Of a DNA stretch of 64,000 bases, positions 12,120-24,399 are shown in pieces. Below the pieces are notes generated by a model that saw only the letters and a list, made by a program, of their open reading frames with translations, was not told the DNA's origin and did no database searches. Positions within the stretch are counted from its first letter, which is position 1. Each line of letters starts with the position of its first letter. Origin of the DNA: Octopus sinensis (Eukaryota); the NCBI RefSeq assembly GCF_006345805.1, contig NW_021833452.1, forward strand, positions 1 through 64,000, given 5' to 3'. The position numbers and the translations under genes were made by a program.

Positions 12120-13320
12120 GACGAGCAATTAAGTAGATTATTTAGTTATGAGACAACGAGAAAAATCTCAAATCGTCTAAAGGGGTCGTTAAAGGATAAC
12201 AAACGATCCCATCTCAAACAAACAATGCTCAAGATCGAAAGTGAACTCAAATACTCTCTTGAAAAGGATAGGGCAGAAAAGGAAGCCAGGGCTGTCAAAA
12301 ATATTAAGACAAACCCTAAATTCTTCTATGGACATGCAAACAGGTCTGCACTAGTATGGTATAAAATAGGGCCATTATCCGAACAAAATGGCTCGCCAAC
12401 TACAGACCCCCAGAGGATCAGTGAAATACTCAATGTGCAATACAAGAGTGTTTTACCACTCAATTGGGACACTTGCAAGTAGTTACGCCTGATGATTCTT
12501 TGGCTCCACAGCTCTACACAACGAAATGACTATTATTGATAGCATCAAAATAGAGGAAACGGATGTGATATCAGCCATTGTTGAAGTGAGCTCAAACTCA
12601 TCCACAGGCTCCGGTGGATTCCCAGCAATCTTCCTAAAGAAATGCAAAGGGGTTCTAGTCAGACCACTTCAGATTCTCTTCCAGATCTTCATTGCATCAG
12701 AGAGACTTTCCAAAAGGTTAAAGTAAGGAATAGTATGCCCTATTTATAAAGAAGGTAACAGCAAATGCTAAAAAGTATAGACCTGTCTTTCTAACCAGCC
12801 ATGTCAGGGAAATCGTGGAGCACAATGTCAGGAAGGAACTAATTGCGTTCCTTGAAGGTATCTACTTGTTTCCTGACACCCGGCATGGCTTTCACTCTGG
12901 AAGAAGCTGCCTTACACAGATTTTGCAGTACAGTGACCGGGTGGTGATACAGTTAATAAATCGCTCAAACGTGGCCTTTGATAAGGTTGATCATGTGACG
13001 ATAAGTCACAAACTAAGAAGATTCGACATAAATGGAAACCTCAGAGAGTGGTTGCATGACTTCTTAAAAGAAAGAGACCAGGCTGTAGCAACCAACAGAG
13101 CCCTCTACACGAAAACAGCAATAAAACGTGGAGTGTTTCAGTGAAGTGTATGAGCCAAAAACTTTGTCAATCCCCAAATCACATACGGTGCATGATCTTG
13201 GATTGATATGAGCAACAATACCTCGTTTCATATCCATATCACCAATATGGTTGCAGTGTGCAGGCATATGGCTGGCTGGATTCTGAGAACCTTCAGAACA
13301 ATGGACTAGGAAACTATGTT
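12120..13320 (+). mobile_element. Degenerate CR1-group LINE ORF2 fragment
   Basis: KTNPKFFY, HGFHSGRSCLTQ and AFDKVDH motifs with stops and frameshifts; same family as 62100-63450. Confidence 0.85.
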
Positions 13321-13383
13321 TCTTTTATAAATATTGTTTAATTTTATTTAATTATTTATTTAACTATTATAGCAATTATTGTT

Positions 13384-13485
13384 GACCTGAGGAGTTACTA
13401 TACTTTTAAATTGAATTGTCTTTTGATTAAATTAAAGTTTAATTGTAATTCGAATTTAAATTCTAGCCATGAAACGTACGTAGTC
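13384..13485 (+). ncRNA. Type I hammerhead ribozyme motif, weak stem II
   Basis: GAC-CUGAGGA-GUUACUA...UAGCCAU-GAAAC-GUAC-GUA-GUC. Confidence 0.7.
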
Positions 13486-13722
13486 TTTTGTCTTATTATA
13501 TACTATTTATTCATTTTTGTACTTTTTGTGATCTAGTTATATGTTTTATAGTATATTTTATTCTTTGTTTACGATTTGGTTTATGTCTATCATTGTTTGA
13601 ATTGCATAATAATGGTTTCTCTCTAATTTATATATATTATATATTTACATTGTGAAATTTGATTTAATACTAAATTGAATTTTTCCTTGTAAGTTTGTAG
13701 TTATACTCCTTAATATTATTAT

Positions 13723-13758
<36 letters not shown>

Positions 13759-13912
13759 ATATTATATATATATATATATATTATATTAAATTAGAGATAA
13801 AACCACTATTAGGCAAATCATACAATGAAAAACCTAAGCCAATACATAAGATTATTTAATTTATATTATTTAAATATATAACAAAATTATTAAAAAAATG
13901 TAATTAATATAA

Positions 13913-13976
13913 CACTACGATCGTTTCATGGCTGTTAATTTCTTTAAATTTTCGAGTTACAGTCATTCATCAAGTG
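13913..13976 (-). ncRNA. Type I hammerhead ribozyme motif, C3U core variant
   Basis: CAC-UUGAUGA-AUGACUGU...ACAGCCAU-GAAAC-GAUC-GUA-GUG. Confidence 0.7.
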
Positions 13977-13997
13977 GTTTAAATATTTAATATATAT

Positions 13998-14076
<79 letters not shown>

Positions 14077-14194
14077 CAATTAAGGACAACTACTTAATAA
14101 GGAAAACTTAACAAGAAATTGTCAGGTAGATAGCGTAAAAACCTCATAAGAGAAAAAATTTCGAAAATAATTATTTCTTATTGAACATATTAAT

Positions 14195-14401
14195 TTATAT
14201 ATAGAGGGCATTATACATACATGCCAGAAGGCATTATACATACATGCCAGAAGGCATTATACATACATGCCAAACGCTTTGAGAATTTGAGAAATTGCAT
14301 TCGGTGGGATTAGTAATATTTTTGGTAGAAATGACTGATTGTCCCTCTTAGCGTTTGGCATGTATGTATAATGCCTTCTGGCATGTATGTATAATGCCCT
14401 C

Positions 14402-14410
<9 letters not shown>
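14195..14410. repeat. Inverted repeat with arms made of a 23-bp tandem unit (GGCATTATACATACATGCCAGAA, x3 vs x2)
   Basis: Arms 14195-14278 and 14350-14410 are reverse complements. Confidence 0.9.
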
Positions 14411-14446
<36 letters not shown>

Positions 14447-15155
14447 TTTATATATAGAGAGAGATAGATAGATAGATAAATATATAGAAATAGATACACA
14501 CACATCCATATATACAAGGTTGTAGTGTAAGGAGCTTTTTCCCCAGCCATACATGGTTCCATGTTGAATCCCTCTGCATAGAAACTCAGGCAAGTAAATT
14601 CCACTCTTACCTAGGGCTGAACAAATTCTTCTTAGTGGATTTAGTAAATGAAAACTGAAAGAAGCTCCATAACAGGTGTGTGTCTATGTGTGTGCCTATG
14701 TATGTGTGTGTTAGTGAGTGTTTGTGTGTGTGTGTGTTTAGTGGTTTAGTAAAGAGGCTGAAAGGATATGTGATATGCTTAAAATAATAAAAGTACTGGG
14801 ATCAATACAGTTGACTAAAAATTCAAGTTGATGCCCCAACATGGCCGCAGTCAAATGCCTAAAACAATTAATATATATATACATGATATCTGTTATATTT
14901 TTGTTCATCTCATAATGACATTGTTTTATTTGACCATTAAAGACATTATTATCAGTGGTGGTGGTCAGTTGGACTCTCAACACCGCTAATATCATCATCA
15001 ACATGATCAATATACAATTCCACCACAAAGACAAAGGTTTTGTAGTATATGTGATTAAATTTTATCCCCATTATTTCACTGGTACCATCATAATATTTTA
15101 TATTATACAGATTAATATAATACTGGAGAGTGTATATATGTATTTATTAACTAAC

Positions 15156-15192
15156 CTGGTTCAGCATCACAGACACCACTTTATACCTTCGC
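15156..15192 (-). CDS. ANK-RING gene 37-nt micro-exon 5 (RRYKVVSVMLNQ)
   Basis: TTTCAG acceptor, GTTAG donor; phase 2-0 is exactly what is needed to join exon 4 to exon 6; supplies the second helix of an ankyrin repeat. Confidence 0.85.
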
Positions 15193-16170
15193 CTGAAAGT
15201 AATGGATGAGGAAAGAAAAGCATGAAAAAAAATATCACACAGCTTGAGATAATAGTTATTAGGTCATTAAAGAAAACAAATGTAATTAGGTCACAATAAC
15301 TTAACTACAGTAATTATTACACACATACTCACACACATATATTTATTCAATACACACTCTACACAGTAGAACAATGATATATCCACACCTGAGTAAACCC
15401 AGAAATGTAAAAACTGGAAAAATACTGCTAAGAATTCTGACAGCTTATATAAACATGAAATTTAGGAAGGAAAGAAGGGCTACGGTAATCATATGAACCC
15501 CAGTATATGACTGGTATTGTATTTTATCAACCTTGCAAAGATGGAAGGAGAAGTTGACCTTGACAGGATTTGAACTCTGAACGTAAAGAGACGTAAATAA
15601 AATAACACAATTTATTTTCTCTAAAAGTAATAAGGAACAAGAACAGGAGAAAATAGGGAAGACAGCTTATTAAAGGAACACCTGTGTATTACTGGTACTG
15701 ATTATATTGACCCCAGAGTGATAGTAAATATTCTGGTAGGATTTGAACATGGAACATAAAAGAGACAAATGTAAATATTGTAAGGGGATGATTCTGTATT
15801 TAGCCCAGAGTCCCAGTAAATACGGAAACTACAAAGGAGAGAAAGTGTGGAAGAAAGAGAGAGAGAGAGAGAGAGAGAAAGTAGTTCTAGATGGGATGAA
15901 AGGAAGAAGAGAGAGGAGTTGAACCTGTGACGTTGAGGAAATGGAGAACGAGATGAAGGAAAAGTGTCCAATCAGGCAACAACAATAACAATTATGGAGA
16001 TGATTAATTAATGAAGCAGATTACAGTGTTATTTCAATGCGAAAGAGAGAAGAAAGACAATGACCCCATGGTGGGATTATGACATGAATGACTCAATGTA
16101 AAAGAAACAAAACATTATTGAAAACATAAAAGAAACAGATTTGGATATTCCAGATCCAATGGGGACTTAC

Positions 16171-16325
16171 CCCCGAACTGCCTCATGCAGTGGTGTGTCA
16201 CCGAAAATGTTCACGACATTGGCATCAATGCCATTGTGACCCAACAATAGGCCGACTGTGTGCGTGTGTCCATTACAACAGGCCCGGTGCAGCGGTGTTT
16301 GACCATCATCAGACCGTGCGTTCAC
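16171..16325 (-). CDS. ANK-RING gene exon 4 (VNARSDDGQTPLHRACCNGHTHTVGLLLGHNGIDANVVNIFGDTPLHEAVRG)
   Basis: Strong poly-T tract plus CAG acceptor, GTAAG donor, phase 0-2, two ankyrin TPLH motifs. Confidence 0.95.
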
Positions 16326-16669
16326 CTGAAAAAGAAAAGAATAAAAACATTAAAAATGGTGTCTGAAATGGGAGTCGGGTGGTGAAGAATTAAAAGAAAA
16401 ACTCACAGAAAAAGAGAAGAGAAGGAATGAAATTAATTAAACAGGTGGAATGATTGGGGTGGGGAGTAGTTAATGGAGATTTCTATTGTATATACCCACA
16501 CGCGTATACACACATACATATGTACATATAAATATATATATACATCCACACACATACATATATATAGGATGAATAACTCAATAAATAAACTCATAGAGCA
16601 GCAAAATATGTGTGTGTATATGTGTGTGTTCGCGTGTGTGTGTGATCATAGTAACATTTATTCCTTTAT

Positions 16670-16850
16670 TCTTTCATTTGTTTCAGTAATGTGACTGTGG
16701 CCATGCTGGAGCACTGCCGTTAGTCTAGCAAATCGACACCAGGGAGCCTAGTACTTATTTTATCGGTTTCTTTTGCAGGTTATGAGGAGATAAACACACC
16801 AGCATCGGTTGTCAAGCGATGTTGGGGGACAAACACAGGCACACAAACAC
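16670..16850 (-). mobile_element. tRNA-derived SINE family B, 3' part
   Basis: GGCCATGCTGGAGCAC...GCATCGGTTGTCAAGCGATG, shared with many copies. Confidence 0.8.
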
Positions 16851-16896
16851 AAGTACTTACACACAGACACACATAACATACACACACACACATATG

Positions 16897-16957
<61 letters not shown>

Positions 16958-17640
16958 CAAGATGTGTGTGTGCGTACGTTTTTGTAATGTATGCACATCC
17001 ACAAATTAACACGCATGCCGCTGAAATTTTAGGAGGACATTCGTCACGACCCCAGCTGTATTTTCGTCAAATTATTTTCCCCCGAGACACCCGCGAATAG
17101 CGGTAAATAATTTTAAGCCATAACATCTAAATTTTTAAGATGGCAAAAGCTACCATTGTTTACAAAGCAAACATAAGTTAAGTCCCCTCCTAGCCACGGT
17201 GTAAAGAGAGGGAGGGAGAGGGAGAGAGATAGAGAGAGAGAGATTTTTATAATTTCGTCTTTTTACTGGCAATAACAGACAGACAGGTGTTGTTATATAT
17301 GTATGTATGTGTGAATTGCTTCTGTCACGCATACACATACGTGAGCATGTATACGAAAAAGACACATGTATGCAATGTTTGTGTGTGTGTGTTGCGCGTA
17401 TATATATACGAGCAACATAAACGATATTCTCCGTTTCTCCACAACTAATTTCCAAATTAGGTGAATCCGTTGTTCTAATCATAGCGATATATAGCTGGTC
17501 GTGCGTGAACATGGGAGAGAGCAGAGGTTACCAGAGCAAAAGACCTACGTGTTGACTGTAGACACGCTCCTTCGCAAACGATCAGCTATTATTTTGTAAA
17601 CAGTGTTTCGAAACTGTTCATGTTTTCGAAAGGAGAGGGG

Positions 17641-18097
17641 TCAACCTAAAGCGTTTGACCCGGTCATAAAAATAAACAAAAAAATAGTAATATGTGTGAA
17701 ACAACTTCCTCCAAACGAACATGACCAAAAAATTGTACGCTCGCGAAAGGAGGATGGGAGGAGAGACATATGGCCTTTTCTTTGATAATATCTTTTTTGC
17801 TTATTTAAATTCAGTTCAATGCAGTCTTGCCTTGAACCAAACATTTCTCTTTGTGTGTGTGTGTTCTTGATAATCGTTTAGAACAAGTTGTTTTACACCT
17901 ATTACACTATATTTTTGTATTTGTGCCCGGGTCAGACACGTAACATTCACGACATGAATTTTCCGAGGCCTCTCCCCGACCCCCCTTTCGCGCGCGAGCG
18001 CACATGTTTTTGGTCATATTCGTTTGGAGGAAGTTGTTTTACACCTATTACACTATTTTTTGTTCGTTTTATGACCGGGTCAAACGCTTTAGTTTGA
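17641..18097. repeat. Inverted repeat with about 130-bp arms, MITE/DNA-transposon-like
   Basis: 17641-17770 is the reverse complement of 17970-18097 (AAAGCGTTTGACCCGGTCATAAAA...CAACTTCCTCCAAACGAA). Confidence 0.8.
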
Positions 18098-18552
18098 CCG
18101 GGAGAGGTATGACTTTCATATCTCTGCGGGAGAAGGTAGGCTTCTCTATTCCTGTTACAAAACTTACTTCCGGGTGACAAATTTGCCTCAATTGATGGTA
18201 TTACTCGGGTAGAAGGTGGTGGGGGACAAGGGCAGGGGCAAAGGCGTGCAAAAACATTTATGCAATAGGTGTATGTACGTATATGTTTGTGTGTGCGTGT
18301 GTGTGTTTTGCCCATATATATAAACTTAGTTGTGATCTGAACATAACCGCTTCTCACAGGAGCCCTTTTGGGTGTTCTATTTTCCTTGCTGGAAGGGTTC
18401 TCATCCAATGGGCAAAGTGGGGTTACATGAAAAAAATAATCGATGAGTGGAAAAAAATCGAGAAACCGATTTCTTATGGAACCAGGTGGTTTGTAAGCAA
18501 GCCACTCCTGTGCCTATATATGTATATATATATATATATACATATATTATAT

Positions 18553-19425
18553 TATATTAAATTAGAGATAAAACCACTATTAGGCAAATCAAACAGTGAA
18601 AATCATAAGCCAATACATAGAAATAAAATTAATTAATAATATATATAAAAAATATAAAATATAAAATTCTAAATTAAAATATTTAAATTGAAGTTAAAAT
18701 CTTAAAAATTATTTAAATTAATAATTTAAACTTATAAATTTTAAATATATATATATATATATATATTTTATTATTATTTTATTTATTTATTTATTTTTTA
18801 CTATTATTTTTTAAAATTATATAACTATCAAAAAGTATTAAAAGTTTAATATAAGATAAAGAGTAAATCCACTATGATCGTTTCATGCCCGTAACCAATT
18901 CGAATAATTATAATTTAAATTCAATTAATTATTCGAATTATGGTTACAGTCAATCTTCAGGTTAATTGTAATATTTTAATAAATAATCAGAAATATTTAA
19001 ACAATATTTTTTAAGAAATAAATAATATAATAATTTCTCTTATAAAAAAGTCTATTATCAAACTAGAAACTTAACGATTATGATTATGTCTAAACATCGA
19101 TTATAATTTTAAATATTAATCTTAATTTTTAAGTATTAAATTTTAAGGTAAGAAACCCACCAATAATCTAATATCAGTTATAGTCAATAACTTATTACAT
19201 AAATATTTTACAAAAAATATTTTACTATTCATATTATTAAAAATATAATATTTAAATATTATATAAATTATCAATGAAAATATATATATATGCTTAAATT
19301 ATATCTATAAATAAATATATATGCACAATAATAAAGACCTAATAAATTAATTATTCATATTACTAATAAAAATATTAAAATATTAAAGATGAAATAGCTA
19401 ATTCCAAAAATACAACCAAACAATC
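18553..19425 (-). mobile_element. Penelope-like terminal-repeat fragment in (TA)n
   Basis: Starts with TATATTAAATTAGAGATAAAACCACTATTAGGCAAATCA, as at 13783; contains the degenerate hammerhead. Confidence 0.55.
18870..18963 (-). ncRNA. Degenerate type I hammerhead ribozyme motif
   Basis: AAC-CUGAAGA-(long AU hairpin)-GAAAC-GAUC-AUA-GUG; a stem III G>A change and a stem I mismatch. Confidence 0.55.
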
Positions 19426-19501
19426 TTATATATGTATGTGTGTGTGTATGTATCTATGCATATATGTACATGTATACTCATATATACGTTTATATATATT
19501 C

Positions 19502-19554
<53 letters not shown>

Positions 19555-20086
19555 ATATGTGTGTGTTTGTGTGTGTATTTATCTATGTATATATGTATAT
19601 GTATACTCATATATACGTTTATATACATATATATGTGCGTGTGTGTATATATATATTCTTATATATATGTGTATATACATATGTATGTATATATATATAT
19701 ATATATACATATTATACCTTATAGGCTCGTATACATTATATATACGATTATATATACGTACCTATATAAGTTTGCCCCAAACGTCGGGAGAAGTGTTTAG
19801 TAAAAATTGGCAAGAGTAGATTTTGTTTCCTCGTAATTTTACAAAAAGTCTATAATTTGCTCGGAAAAGTTAGAGAAAAACCTTTCGGAGAAGATTAGGA
19901 TTATTTCGGAATATAATATGAATGAAAAGAAACACTAACATATGCACACCACTATTTACAGTATATATACATCCATACATTTTATTTGTATACATGTACG
20001 TATATATATATATATATATATTATATATACATATATAAGTACACACACACACGCACACACACACACACATATATATAGTCACTAAC

Positions 20087-20234
20087 CTCAACATCGGTCT
20101 GTTTCAATAAAACTTCCAACCCATCTGTCCATTCAAGCTCTGCAGCCAAATGGAGAGGAGTAGAGCCACCCTTGACCTTCATGTTCACCTCGCTGCCCCG
20201 AGATAGTAAGAGCTCCACAGATTCAAGATGACGC
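20087..20234 (-). CDS. ANK-RING gene exon 3 (RHLESVELLLSRGSEVNMKVKGGSTPLHLAAELEWTDGLEVLLKQTDVE)
   Basis: CAG acceptor, GTTAG donor, phase 2-0, TPLHLAA motif; lies within ORF 20021..20257. Confidence 0.93.
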
Positions 20235-20304
20235 CTGAGAGTAAAAGATACAAACATTGACTAATTTTCATTAAATACTTAATTAGTTTGGCTTTTAGAC
20301 AAAA

Positions 20305-21296
20305 ATCATCGTCATCATCATCACCATCATCAGCTGCACCATAATCATCGCTATCATCATCATGAACATCATCGTCATCATCATCGTCATCATCATCATT
20401 GCCACCACCTCCATCATTAACATAATCATCATTATTATCATTAGCACCATCATCGCCATCATCAACATTATCATCATCGACTTCAACATCATCGCTATTA
20501 TCATCATAATTATCATCATCATCATCATGATCATCATAATCATCATCATCGTCATCATCATCATCAACATCATAATTATCACCATCATCATCCTCCTCAT
20601 CATCATCATCATCCTCCTCCTCTTCATCATCATCATCATAATCATCATCATAATCATCATCATAATCATCATCATCATCATCACCTCCATCATCATCATC
20701 ATCATAATAATCATCATCGCCATTATCATCCACATCATCATCATAATCATCATCATTATTATCATAATCATCATCATCATAATCCTCATCATCATCATCA
20801 TCGTCAACATCATCGTCGCCATATTCATCATCATCATCATAATCATAATCATCATAACCCCTCCTCCTCCTCATCATCATAATCATCATCGTCATCATCA
20901 TCATCATCATAATTATCATCATTATCATCATCATCATCATCAATATCGTCATCATCATCATCATCATCATTATTATCATCATCATCATCGTCATCATCAT
21001 CATCATCATCATAACCATCATCATCACCATCATCATCATTACCATCACCATCATCATCACCATCATAATGATCATCATCATCGTCATCAACATTATCATC
21101 ATCTTCGATATCAATTATTATAATTATCATCATCATCATCATGAACATCAACATCATCATAATCCGTCCCCTCCTCCTCCTCCTCCTCATCGTCATCATC
21201 ATAAATATCATCATCATCATAATCTCCCTCCTCCTCATCAACATCATAATCATAATTATAATCATCATCATCATCGCCGTTATCATCATCATCATC
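20305..21296. repeat. About 1 kb degenerate (ATC)n microsatellite, intronic
   Basis: Direct reading; source of the poly-D/M/I/H ORFs. Confidence 0.95.
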
Positions 21297-21507
21297 GGGA
21301 TTGTTATGATTGAATAATGACTAATGAATTGGATCGATGACTAAAGAGAAGCTTGTTGTTGTTGTTGTTGTTGTTTGCTAGTCTGCTGTTGTGCTGCTGT
21401 CCCATTGCTGCTACTATGGCCTCTTTGGATATTGAACCTGTGTCTGCAATTGCAACAAATTTACAAACAAAATCACATCTGGAAATTTTACTTGATTCTC
21501 AACTTAC

Positions 21508-21659
21508 CCATCCACAGCCAAATATAAAGCTCTAAAACCCTTGTCGTTTCTTGCTCCCATCTCCGCACCAGCATCAATCAAAATCTCCATTATTCTTGTC
21601 TTGCCCCGTAAACTAGCTAACATTAGAGGAGTGTATCCCAACCAATCACGTTGGTGAAT
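21508..21659 (-). CDS. ANK-RING gene exon 2 (IHQRDWLGYTPLMLASLRGKTRIMEILIDAGAEMGARNDKGFRALYLAVDG)
   Basis: CAG acceptor, GTAAG donor, phase 0-2, ankyrin motif GYTPLMLA. Confidence 0.93.
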
Positions 21660-21699
21660 CTGTAATGAAGAAAGTTAGGACGTGTGAAATAGAGAAATT

Positions 21700-22848
21700 C
21701 CATTTTCTCTCTCTCTCTCTCTCTTCTCTCTTTGTCTTTCACTCTCATTCTTGTTTTCTTTCCTGTTTCTCTCCTTCTTTCTCTCTCTATCTTCCTCTTT
21801 CATTTCTTTCCTTCTCTTTCTTTTCTCACTTCCTCTCTCTTTTCCTTTTTCTTCTCTCTCTTTCCTTCTCCTCTCTGACGTGTCTCTTTTACTCTCTCTC
21901 ACTTCCTTTCCTCTCTTTCTCTCTCTCATTTCCTTCCTCTTTCCCTTTTTCGTTTTTCTCTTATCTTTCTCTTGCTCTATTTTTCAATTTCTCCCTTTCT
22001 CTCTCCGTCTTTCTCTCTCTTTCATTTCGTTCTCGTTCTATTCTTACATTCTTTCTCTTTCCCTTTTTCTTCTCTCTCTTTCTTTCTCCCTCTCTCTTTC
22101 CCCTCTTTTTCTCTCTCTCATTCTTTTCTCCCTTTTTCCATTTCACTTTTCTCCCTTTATCTCTTTTTCTTTCTCTTTCTCTCTCTTTCCATTTCTCTTT
22201 CTTTATCTTATCTCTCTCCCAATTACTTTTCTCTCTTTCTCTCTCTCTCTCTGTCTCCTTTACTATTTCTTTTCTCTGTTGCACTTAACCTTTTTCTTTT
22301 TCGTCTCTCTATCTCTCTCTCTCTCTCTGTGCTTCTCTTATTCTTGTCTTTCTTTTTCTCTCCTCTTTCTCTTTTACTTGTCTCTTTTTCTTTGATCCCC
22401 TTTCTTTTTACTTTTCTCTCTCTCTCTCTCTCCTCTCTCTCTCTTCTCTCACTCTCACATTTTCTTTTCTATCTTTCTCTCTCTATGTCTCTTACTCTTT
22501 GTTCTCTCTTTCTCTCTCTCTTTCCTTCCTCTATTTTTCTCTCTCTTTTATCTCTTCCTCTCTCTCTCTCTTTTCTATCTTTCTTCCTCTCTCTCTATTT
22601 CCCACTCTTTCCTATATTCCCCTCTCTCCCTCTCTGTCTCTTTTCTCTTTTTCTCCCGCTCCTATTCTTATCTATCACATTCTTTTTCCCCCTCACTTTT
22701 TCTCTTCTCTCTCTCTCTCTCCTCTCTCTCTCTTTTCTATCTTTCTCTCTCTATGTCTCTTACTCTTTGTTCTCTCTTTCTCTCTCATTTCCTCATTGTC
22801 TTTCTCTCTTTCTCTCTCTCTCTTTCTTTCTCCCTCTCTCTTTCCCCT

Positions 22849-22886
<38 letters not shown>

Positions 22887-24026
22887 GTTATGTTTCTCTT
22901 TCTCTCTCTCTTTCTCTGTTATGTTTCTCTTTTTCTCTTCTCTCTCTCTCTCTCACATTCTCCCTTTTTCTCTCTTTATTTCTCTCAGTCCCTTTTTCTT
23001 CTCTTACCTTCCATCTTTCTCTTTTCCTCTCCCTCTTTCTCTTTTTCTATTCTCGTTCTCTCCCTCTCTGTCTCTTTTCTCTTTTTCTCCCGCTCCTATT
23101 CTTATCTATCACATTCTTTTTCCCCCTCACTTTTTCTCTTCTCTCCTCCCCCGCTCTTTTACATTTCTCTCTCGCTTTACTTTTCTCTCTTTCTAATTTC
23201 CTTTTCTCTCTTTCTTTTTCTCTTTCTCTCTCTCTTTCTCTCTCTTTCTTTTCTCTCTTTCTTTTTCTCTTTCTCTCTCCCTTTCTTCTTCTCTTTCTTC
23301 CTCTCGTTTTCTTTTCTCTCTTTCTCTCTCTTTCTTTTTCTCTCTCTCTTCTCTCTCTCTCTCTCACATTCTCCCTTTTTCTCTCTTTATTTCTCTCAGT
23401 CCCTTTTTCTTCTCTTACCTTCCATCTTTCTCTTTTCCTCTCCCTCTTTCTCTTTTTCTATTCTCGTTCTCTCCCTCTCTGTTTCTTTTCTCTTTTTTTT
23501 TATTTTCTGGGTTTCCTTCTCCCTATCTCTCTTTATTTTTTCCTTTTCTCTCTTTCTCTCTCATTTCCTCATTGTCTTTCTCTCTTTCTTTTTCTTTTCT
23601 CTCTTCGCTCGTTTTCTTTGTCTGTTCTCTCTTTCTCTCTCGTTTCCTCATTGTCTTTCTCTCTTTCTTTTTCTCTTTCTCTCTCCCTTTCTTCTTCTCT
23701 TTCTTCCTCTCGTTTTCTTTTTCTCGTTTCTTTTTCTCTCTCTCTTTCTTTTCTCGCTCTCTCACTTTTCCCCCTTCTTTCTCCCTCTCGTTTTCTCTTT
23801 ATCCTTTTTCCTCTCTCTCACTCTTTCATTCTCTCGTTTTCTTTTCTCTCTTTCTCTCTTCTTTTTTTCAATCTCATTCTCTTTGTCTTTTCTCTCCTTT
23901 TTTCTCTCTCTCTTTCTCTGTTATGTTTCTCTTTTTCTCTTCTCTATAGTTCTCTCTCAATTTTCTTTTTCTTTCTTTCTATTTTTCTCTTCCTCTCCTT
24001 TTTCTCTTTCTTTTCTTTCTCTCTTC
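21700..24026. repeat. 2.3 kb polypyrimidine (CT/CTT)-rich tract with internal block duplications
   Basis: Direct reading; blocks such as CTCCCGCTCCTATTCTTATCTATCACA occur twice. Confidence 0.95.
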
Positions 24027-24297
24027 TACTTGTTTCAGTCATGAAACTGCGGCCATGCTGGGACTCCTCCTCGATTTTGTCTTTTCTGTCTGATTAACAG
24101 CAACCTATAGCTCTCTTTTGCTTAAGTGCTAAGTAACAGGGATGCAAATACACCAACACCGGTTATCAATTAGCAGTTGGGGACACACACTAACATGCAT
24201 ACACACACATAACCCCCACTCAATAATACACACACATCTTCTTGTCAGTATATACACACACACGCACACACACACACGCACACACACACACACATAC

Positions 24298-24340
<43 letters not shown>

Positions 24341-24399
24341 CATACGAGTTAGTAACACCTGTAAGGATGTGTTTTATCTATTCACCAAAGTGAATGGAA

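Larger units (their letters stand above)
13325..13990. mobile_element. Two oppositely oriented Penelope-like terminal-repeat fragments around a (TA)n tract
   Basis: Each carries a hammerhead; 13590-13630 is a diverged reverse complement of 13785-13830; the same family recurs at 18553. Confidence 0.6.

Noticed and set aside
20185-21313. Long poly-Asp/Met/Ile/His ORFs
   Set aside because: Translations of an intronic (ATC)n microsatellite, open in several frames
21665-24097. ORFs of up to 690 aa rich in F/L/S
   Set aside because: Stop-free CT-rich low-complexity tract
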